Assembly: GCA_964016885.1 (NCBI GenBank)
Contig: OZ024744.1
Location: 77,810,001 to 77,874,000, forward strand
Length of the DNA stretch: 64,000 nt
Source of the DNA: Eledone cirrhosa
Lineage: Eukaryota
Direction of reading: 5' to 3'
Position numbers and translations under genes: made by a program. Positions 56,845-64,000 of the stretch are shown here, piece after piece. The first letter of the stretch is position 1. Every line of letters starts with the position of its first letter. The notes under the pieces were generated by a model. That model ran no database searches. It was not told the origin of the DNA and saw nothing but the letters and a program-made list of their open reading frames with translations.

Positions 56845-59800
56845 TTGTGAGATATAGTCTGTGGTGAGATATAGTCTGGGGTGAGATATAGTCTGGGGTG
56901 AGATATACACTCAGGTGAGATATAGTCTGTTGTGAGATATAGTCTGTAGTGAGATATAATCTGTGGTGAGATATAGTCTGTGGTGAGATATAGTCTGTGG
57001 TGAGATGTAGTCTGTGGTGAGATATAGTCTGGGGTGAGATATAGTCTGTGGTGAGATATAGTCTGTGGTGAGATATAGTCTGGGGTGAGATATAGTCTGG
57101 GGTGAGATATAGTCTGTGGTGAGATATTGTCTGTGGTGAGATATAGTCTGGGGTGAGATATAGTCTGATGTGAGATATAGTCTGGGGTGAGATATACTCT
57201 GGTGTGAGATATAGTAAGGGGTGAGATATAGTCTGTGGTGAGATATAGTCTGGGGTAAGGTATAGTCTATGGTGATATATATTCTGTAGTGAGATATAGT
57301 CTATGGTGTGATATAGCCTGTGGTAAGATATAGTCTGTGGTGAGATATAGTCTGGGGTGATATATAGTCAGGGGTGAGATATAGTCTGTGGTGAGATATA
57401 GTCTGGGGTGAGATATAGTCTGTTGTGAGATATAGTTTGTGGTGAGATATAGTCTGTGGTGAGATATAGTCTGTGTTAAGATATAATCTGTGGTGAGATA
57501 TTGTCTGGGGTGAGATATAGTCTGTGGTGAGATATAGTCTGTGGTGAGATATAGGCTGTGTTGACATATAGTCTATGGTGAGATATAGTCTGTGGTAAGA
57601 TTTAGTCTGGGGTGAAATATAGTCTGGTGTGAGATATAGTCTGTGGTGAGATATAGTCTGGTGTGAGATATAGTCTGAGGTGAGATATACTCTGTCGTGA
57701 GATATAGTCAGGGGTGAGATATAGTCTGTGGTGAGATATAGTCTGGGGTAAGATATAGTCTATGGTGAGATATAGTCTGTGGTAAGGTATAGTCTATGGT
57801 GATATATATTCTGTAGTGAGATATAATCTATGGTGTGATATAGCCTGTGGTAAGATATAGTCTGGGGTGATATATAGTCTGGGGTGAGATATAGTCTGTG
57901 GTGAGATATAGTCTGTAGTGAGATATAGTCTGGGGTGAGATATAGTCTTCGGTGAGATATAGTCTGTAGTGAGATATAGTCTGGGGTGAGATATAGTCTG
58001 TGCTGAGATATAGTCTGTGATGAGATATAGTCTGGAGTGTGATATGGTCTGGGGTGAGATATACTCTCAGGTGAGATATAGTCTGGTGTGAGATATAGTC
58101 TGTGGTGAGATATAGTCTGGGGTGAGATATAGTCTGTAGTCAAATATAGTCTGTGGTGAGATATATACTGGGGCGATATATAGTCTGTGCTAAGATATAG
58201 TCTATGACGAGATATAGTCTGTGGTGAGATATAGTCTGGTGTGAGATATAGTCTGTGGTGAGATATAGTGTGGAGTGAGATATAGTCTGTAGTCAAATAT
58301 AGTCTGGGGTAAGATATAGTCTGTGGTGAGATATAGTCTGTAGTCAAATATAGTCTGGGGTGAGATATAGTCTGTAGTGAGATATAGTTTGTAGTGAGAT
58401 ATAGTCTGTGGTGAGATATAGTCTGTGGTGAGATATAGTCTGAGGTGAGATATAGTCTGTAGTCAAATATAGTCTGGGGTGAGATATAGTCTGTGGTGAG
58501 ATATAGTCTGTAGTGAGATATAGTCTGGGGTGAGATATAGTCTGTAGTGAGATATAGTCTGGGGTGACATATAGTCTGGGGTGAGATATAGTCTGGGGTG
58601 AGATATAGTCTGTGGTGAGATATAGTCTGGGGTGAGATATAGTCTGGGGTGAGATATAGTCTGGGGTGAGCTACACTCTGTGGTGAGATATAGTCTGTTG
58701 TGAGATATAGTCTGGGGTGAGATATAGTCTGTGGTGAGATATAATCTGGGGTGAGATATAGTCTGGGGTGAGATATACTCTCAGGTGAGATATAGTCTGT
58801 TGTGAGATATAGTGTGTGTTGAGATATAGTCTGGGGTGAGATATAGTCTGTGGTTAGATATAGTTTGTGTTGAGATATAGTCTGTGTTGAGATATAGTCT
58901 GTAGTGAGATATAGTCTGTGGTGAGATATAGTCTGTAGTGAGATATAGTCTGTGGCGAGATATAGTCTGTGGTGAGATATAGTCTGGGGTGAGATATAGT
59001 CTGTGGTGAGATATATTGTGGGGTGAGATATAGTCTATAGTGAGATATAGACTGTGGTGAGATATAGTGTGGGGTGAGATATAGTCTATAGTCAGATATA
59101 GTCTGGGGTGAGATATAGTGTGGTCTGAGATATAGTCTGTAGTGAGATATAGTCTGGGGTGAGATATAGTCTGGGGTGAGATATAGTGTGGGGTGAGATA
59201 TAGTCTGTGGTGAGATAAAGTCTATGGGGAAATATAGTCTGTAGTGTGATATAGTCTGTGGTGAGCTAGAGTCTGTGGTGAGATATAGTCTGTTGTGAGA
59301 TATAGTCTGTGGTGAGATATAGTCTGGGGTGAGATATAGTCTGGGGTGAGATATACTCTCAGGTGAGATATAGTCTGTTGTGAGATATAGTGTGTGGTGA
59401 GATATAATCTGGGGTGAGATATAGTCTGTGGTGAGATATAATCTGTTGTGAGATATAGTCTGTGGTGAGATATAGTCTGTGGTGAGATATAGTCTATGGT
59501 GAGATATAGTCTGGTGTGAGATATAGTCTGTAATGAGATATGGTCTGTGGTGAGATATAGTCTGTGGTAAGATATAGTCTGTGGTGAGATATGGTCTGTG
59601 GTGAGATATAGTCTGTAGTGAGATATAGTCTGTAGTGAGATATAGTCTGTGGTGAGATATAGTCTGTGGTGAGATATAGTCTGGGGTGAGCTATAGTCTG
59701 GGGTGAGATATAGTCTGTGGTGAGATATAGTCTGGGGTGAGATATAGTCTGTGGTGAGATATAGTCTGTAGTGAGATATAGTATGTAGCGAGATATAGTC

Positions 59801-61290
59801 TGTGGTAAGATATAGTCTGTGGTGAGATATAGTCTGTGGTGAGATATAGTCTGTGGTATGATATAGTCTGTGGTGAGATAGAATCTGTAGTGAGATAAAG
59901 TCTGTAGTGAGATATAGTCTGGGGTGTGATATAGTCTATGGTGAGATATAGTCTGGGGTGAGATATAGTCTGGGGTGAGATATAGTCTGTTGTGAGATAT
60001 AGTTTGTGCTGAGATATAGTCTGTGGTGAGATATAGTTTGTGTTGAGATATAGTCTATGGTTAGATATAGTCTGGGGTGAGATATAGTCTGTGGTATGAT
60101 ATAGTCTGTGGTGAGATAGAATCTGTAGTGAGATAAAGTCTGTAGTGATATATAGGCTGGGGTGAGATATAGTCTGGGGTGTGATATAGTCTGTGGTGAG
60201 ATATAGTCTGGGGTGAGATATAGTTTGTGGTGAGATATAGTCTATGGTGAGATATAGTCTGTGGTGAGATATAGTCTGGGGTGAGATATAGTCTGTGGTG
60301 AGATATAGTGTGGAGTGAGATATAGTCTGTAGTCAAATATAGTCTGGGGTGAGATATAGTCTGTGGTGATATATAGTCTGTAGTCAAATATAGTCTGGGG
60401 TGAGATATAGTCTGTGGTGAGATATAGTCTGTAGTGAGATATAGTCTGAGGTGAGATATAGTCTGTGGTGAGATATAGTCTGAGGTGAAATATAGTCTGT
60501 GGTGAGATATAGTCTGTGGTTAGATATAGGTTGTGGTGAGATATAGTCTATGGTGAGTTATAGTCTATGATGAGATATAGGCTGTGGTGACATATAGTCT
60601 GTCGTGAGATATAGTCTGGCGTGAGATATAGTCTGTTGTGTGATATAGTTTGTGGTGAGATATAGTCTGTAGTAAGATATAGTCGGGGGTGAAATATAGT
60701 CTCTGGTGAGATATAGTCTGTGGTGAGATATAGTCTGTGGTGAGATATAGGTTGTGGTGAGATATAGTCTATGGTGAGTTATAGTCTATGATGAGATATA
60801 GTCTGTGGTGAGATATAGTCTGTCGTGAGATATAGTCTGTGGTGAGATATAGGCTGTGGTGAGATATAGTCTGTGTTGAGATATAGTCTATAGTGAGATA
60901 AAGTCTACGGTGAGATATAGTCTGTTGTGAGATATAGTCTGTTGTGAGATATAGTCTGTTGTGAGGTATAGTGTGTGCTGAGATATAGTGTGTGCTGAGA
61001 TATAGTCTGTGGTGAGATATACTGTGTGGTGAGATATAGTCTGTGGTGTGATATAGTCTGTGATGAGATATAGTCTGTGGTAGGATATAGTCTGTGGTGA
61101 GATATAGTCTGTTGTGAGATCTAGTCTGTCGTGAGATATAGTCTGTTGTAAGATATAGTCTGTGGTGAGATATTGTCTATGGTGTGATATAGTCTGGTGT
61201 GAGATATAGTCTGTAGTGAGATATAGTCTGTGGTGAGATATAGTCTGTGGTGAGATATAGTCTGTGATTAGATATTGTCTGTGGTGAGAT

Positions 61291-61308
61291 AATAATAATA
61301 ATAATAAT
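61291..61308 (-). repeat. (ATT)6 3' tail of the LINE ((AAT)6 on the + strand)
   Basis: aataataataataataat lies directly between the satellite (...gtggtgagat) and the LINE 3' UTR. Short tandem-repeat tails are typical of CR1/L2-group elements. Confidence 0.9.
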
Positions 61309-61318
61309 GAAATTATTG

Positions 61319-61342
61319 TGTAAAGTGCTCAGGTGCACTACA
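61319..61342 (-). other. Predicted stem-loop in the LINE 3' UTR just upstream of the tail (candidate RT recognition element)
   Basis: The minus strand reads TGTAGTGC-ACCTGA-GCACTTTACA: a GTGC/GCAC stem extended by TGTA/TACA across a 2-nt bulge, with a 6-nt loop, 10 nt before the tail. The function is inferred. Confidence 0.55.
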
Positions 61343-61403
61343 ACTCGTCAATATAGTACATAGAATAATACACAAATGCCAGGGAAGTACATGTCTGTAT
61401 GTG

Positions 61404-63258
61404 TTAGCTGTAGTGTTGGCGGATCTCGGGAAGCATGGAGGCCTTAAAGGATGCAGTGTCTCGACAGCTAACAACTGATGCAGGTAGTTTGTTCCATGCT
61501 TCAGCAACTCTGAGCGTGAAAAAATGTTTCCGAAAGTCATGGGAACTGTGCTGTTTTCTTACTTTGTGGGCATGTCCACGTGTGTTAGACACATGGAAAT
61601 CGAAAAGGCACTCAGGGTTGTTGTTGGCAACATGGTTAACAATTTTGTGGGTGTTTACCAAGTCAGTTGCCAGGCGTCGGAGCTTCAATGAATCCATGCC
61701 CAGGGAAGCAAAGCGCTCAGAGTATGGTAGTTGCCTGATGGAGGGTATTCGCTTGGTTGCACGTCTCTGAACAGTTTCCAGGCGGTCAATGTCCTGAGCA
61801 AGATAGGGGTTCCAGACTGGTGATGCAAATTCTAAGTGTGGTCGCACCATAGCTGTATACAGCCTTAAATAGATATCGGAGAGCGGCTGACAAAGGTCTT
61901 GCTGAGTGATGCTAAGACACCCTCGGCCCTCTTGACAATTTTAGAGACGTGCCTCGTCCAACGCAAATCGCTGCTGACCGTAATGCCCAGGTCACGTCCA
62001 CAGGAAGACTTCTGATATTAGTGCTGTGGAGGGAGTATGTGGACGCTGGGTTTTTACTCCCAAAATGCATGGTGGTGCACTTGTCCACAGCTAGCTTGAG
62101 TTGCCAGTTTGAGATCCACTGTTGCATTGTGTCCAGGTCAGACTGCAAGCAAGATCTATAGTGTTCAGGATCTGTCCTTTTTATCTCAAGGTACAGCTTG
62201 ATGTCGTCTGCGTACTTTAGTACTGTGGCATTCCTTAAGTTGGCATCTATGTCATTAATATATGCCACAAACAAAAGGGGGCCAAGAACAGATCCCTGAG
62301 GTACACCAGATGACATCTCATATGGTGAGGAATGCTGTCCCAGAACCGTGACTACCTCTCTTCGACTGAGAATGAAGGACTTCAACCAGTTAAAAAGATC
62401 ATCCTTCACACCCATTGCAGAGAGTTTTGCCATAAGCCTTTTGTGTGGCACAGAATTGAAGGCCTTCGCAAAGTCAAGGTAAACAACATCCACCCATGAG
62501 CCGCCATCAGTGATCCGGGTGATGTCCTCAAGAAACTCTATAAGTTGATCACAGCAGCTGGAGTTGGGGATAAATCCAAATTGCGAGGGCCGGATAAGAC
62601 TGTGAGAGCTCCAGAAGTTCCAAAGTGTTTCTCTGACACAGGATTCCATCAGTTTGGCGATGCAACTAGTAAGACTGACTGGACGATAGTTCACAGGTGA
62701 TGTGCGGTCACCCTTTTTGAACAGAGGAATTACACTGGCAGTTTTCCACTGTTCTGGAGTAGCACTGTTGTTCAGACAGAATTGGAAGAAGCGTGATAAC
62801 TGGTGTAGAAGGAAGTACCTACCACGTTTAAGAAGCAGGTACGTAACACCATCAAGACCAGGAGAGGCATGGTTGCGTTTATTTTTTAGGTGACGTCGCA
62901 GCATTGCAGGTGTAAATTCCATGGTTGTAATAGAGTCCGGTGTCATAGGTGGTGGAGATGGTACATTCTGGTCTTCAATGGTGAAAATGCCTGCATAGCA
63001 TTCAGCAATGAGCTCTGCGCATTCCTTGGGGTCGTCAGTAACCTGGCTTGTGTGGGGATTGCGAAGAGGACCAACTGGAGAGTGAGGACTCTGCTTTGAG
63101 TGAACATACTTCCAGAACACCTTACTGTCAGGGCTGGTTGCTATGCGCTGCTCAAATTGAAGCACTGCCTTTTTTGTCACCTGTTTGAGGTGGTTGGACG
63201 ATCTATTTCGCCTCTTCCTGTTAATGTCTGCTTTGTGAAGTTTGTACTCACGTTCAGC
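61404..63258 (-). pseudogene. Disrupted LINE ORF2 fragment: linker, reverse transcriptase and C-terminal region, with two frameshifts (~62010 and ~61877)
   Basis: ORF 61912..63180 has SPGLDG, NYRPVSLTS, QFGF, VYLDFAKAF, SGVPQGSVLGPLLF and YADD (62203-62214). A second frame carries RDLGITVSSDLRWTRHVSKIVKRAEGVLASLSKTF (~61880-62005). A third carries IYLRLYTAMVRPHLEF...LPEIRQHYS* (ORF 61404..61850). The first frame stays open upstream of the GTG at 63180 (AEREYKLHKADINRKRRNRSSNHLKQ), so that GTG is not a real start. Confidence 0.92.
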
Positions 63259-64000
63259 ATATAGTTTGTAGTTGGATATAGTCTGTAGTGAGATATAGTC
63301 TGGGGTGAGATATAGTCTGTGGTGAAATATAGTCTATGGTGAGATATAGTCTGGGGTGAGATATAGTCTTCGGTGAGATATAGTCTGTGGTAAGATATAG
63401 TGTGGGTTGAGATATAGTCTGTAGTCAGATATAGTCTGGGGTGACATATAGTCTGTGGTGAGATAAAGTCTGTAGTGAGATATAGTCTATAGTCAGATAT
63501 AGTCTCGGGTGAGATATAGTGTGGGGTTTGATATAGTCTGTAGTCAGATATAGTCTGGGGTGAGATATAGTCTGGTCTGAGATATAGTCTGTAGTGAGAT
63601 ATAGTCTGTTGTGAGATATAGTGTGTGGTGAGATATAGTCTGGGGTGAGATATAGACTGTGGTGAGATATAGTCTGTGGTGAGATATAGTCTGTAGTGAG
63701 ATATAATCTGTGGTGAGATATAGTCTGTAGTGTGATATAGTCTGTAGCGAGATATAGTCTGTGGTGAAATATAGTCTGTGGTGAGATATAGTCTGTGGTG
63801 AGATAAAGTATGTGGTGAGATATAGTCTGGGGTGAGATATAGTCTGTGGTGAGATATAGTCTGGTGTGAGATATAGTCTGGGGTGAGATATACTCTGTCA
63901 TGAAATATAGTCAGGGGTGAGATATAGTCTGTTGTGAGATATAGTCTGTTGTGAGGTATAGTCTGTTGTGAGATATAGTCTGTCGTGAGATATAGTCTGT
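63259..64000. repeat. Continuation of the same 17-bp satellite to the right of the LINE insertion
   Basis: Same monomer and orientation. The first unit (63259-63275, ATATAGTTTGTAGTTGG) is degenerate; clean units start at 63276. Confidence 0.97.

Larger units (their letters stand above)
1..61290. repeat. 17-bp tandem satellite array, consensus GAGATATAGTCTGTGGT (common variants ...CTGGGGT, ...CTGTAGT, ...CTATGGT, ...CTGTTGT), ~3,600 monomers, continuing beyond the left window edge
   Basis: Directly visible. GAGATATAG recurs every 17 bp; for example, starts at 35241, 49861 and 50371 differ by exact multiples of 17. Minus-strand translation gives a 17-aa period (3 monomers = 51 bp). Confidence 0.99.
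61291..63258 (-). mobile_element. 5'-truncated non-LTR retrotransposon (LINE), CR1-like (CR1/L2 group), inserted in the satellite
   Basis: It has non-LTR RT motifs and a CR1-type C-terminus (VRPHLEFASPVWNP, DIDRLETVQRRATK, FFTLRVAEAWNKLP), a ~95-bp 3' UTR and an (ATT)6 tail. There are no LTRs, ORF1 or endonuclease. Satellite flanks both sides. The clade call comes from motif recognition, not from a tree. Confidence 0.93.

Noticed and set aside
2625-60387. Many minus-strand ORFs (up to 458 aa) of ISPQTISHHRLYLTTDY repeats, plus 63425..63901
   Set aside because: The minus-strand consensus (ACCACAGACTATATCTC)n has no stop in any frame, and 17 is not divisible by 3, so all frames give the same peptide. 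The ORFs overlap in different frames, start at chance ATG/TTG variants and are simply copied with the DNA duplications. Nothing indicates coding function.
1-61290. TATA-like and GATA-like motifs in every monomer as promoters or enhancers
   Set aside because: They are only short matches within the repeat (GATATAG is neither TATAAA nor canonical WGATAR), and there is no associated gene.
61404-61850. 148-aa ORF as a separate gene
   Set aside because: It is the frameshift-separated C-terminus of the same LINE ORF2. Its ATG is internal (LYTAMVRPHLEF).
61313-63099. Short ORFs 61313..61540(-), 61435..61770(+), 61949..62161(+), 62702..62893(+) and 62890..63099(+)
   Set aside because: They are alternate-frame or antisense shadows of the LINE ORF2 with no recognisable motifs.
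1-64000. CRISPR array, or a prokaryotic RT-plus-repeat-array system (RT-Cas1, retron, DGR, defence RT)
   Set aside because: There are no unique spacers: the variable part is ~5 bp drawn from a few alleles. There are no cas or accessory genes. The RT is a truncated, frameshifted eukaryotic non-LTR type with its own tail, sitting inside a monomer as an insertion.
1-64000. Telomeric repeat with a telomere-specific retroelement (G-rich/C-poor strand asymmetry)
   Set aside because: The monomer heterogeneity is inherited in multi-kb blocks, which points to recombinational amplification rather than telomerase synthesis. No chromosome end is visible, and the element resembles CR1 rather than SART/TRAS or HeT-A/TART. 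A subtelomeric location cannot be excluded from this window.

Overview
This is eukaryotic (probably animal) satellite DNA. About 97% of the window (1-61290 and ~63259-64000) is one head-to-tail array of a 17-bp monomer, consensus GAGATATAGTCTG(T/G)(G/A)GT, roughly 3,600 copies in a single orientation. The only non-satellite sequence is a ~1.97-kb 5'-truncated non-LTR retrotransposon of CR1 type on the minus strand (~61291-63258). It carries the RT domain and C-terminus with two frameshifts, a short 3' UTR with a stem-loop and an (ATT)6 tail, and it is inserted in phase within one monomer. The many 'ISPQTISHHRLYLTTDY' ORFs are translation artefacts of the satellite. The most informative hidden structure is the array's history, read from rare variant monomers. 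It includes a 10,555-bp tandem duplication whose first copy holds two further duplications (4,588 and 5,439 bp), separate 5,729, ~3,280, 1,719 and 815-bp duplications, and an older ~80-110-monomer higher-order pattern. I found no host gene, RNA gene, CRISPR array or convincing new multi-gene system. Offsets were counted by eye and from the ORF-track coordinates, and block boundaries are approximate to about one or two monomers.
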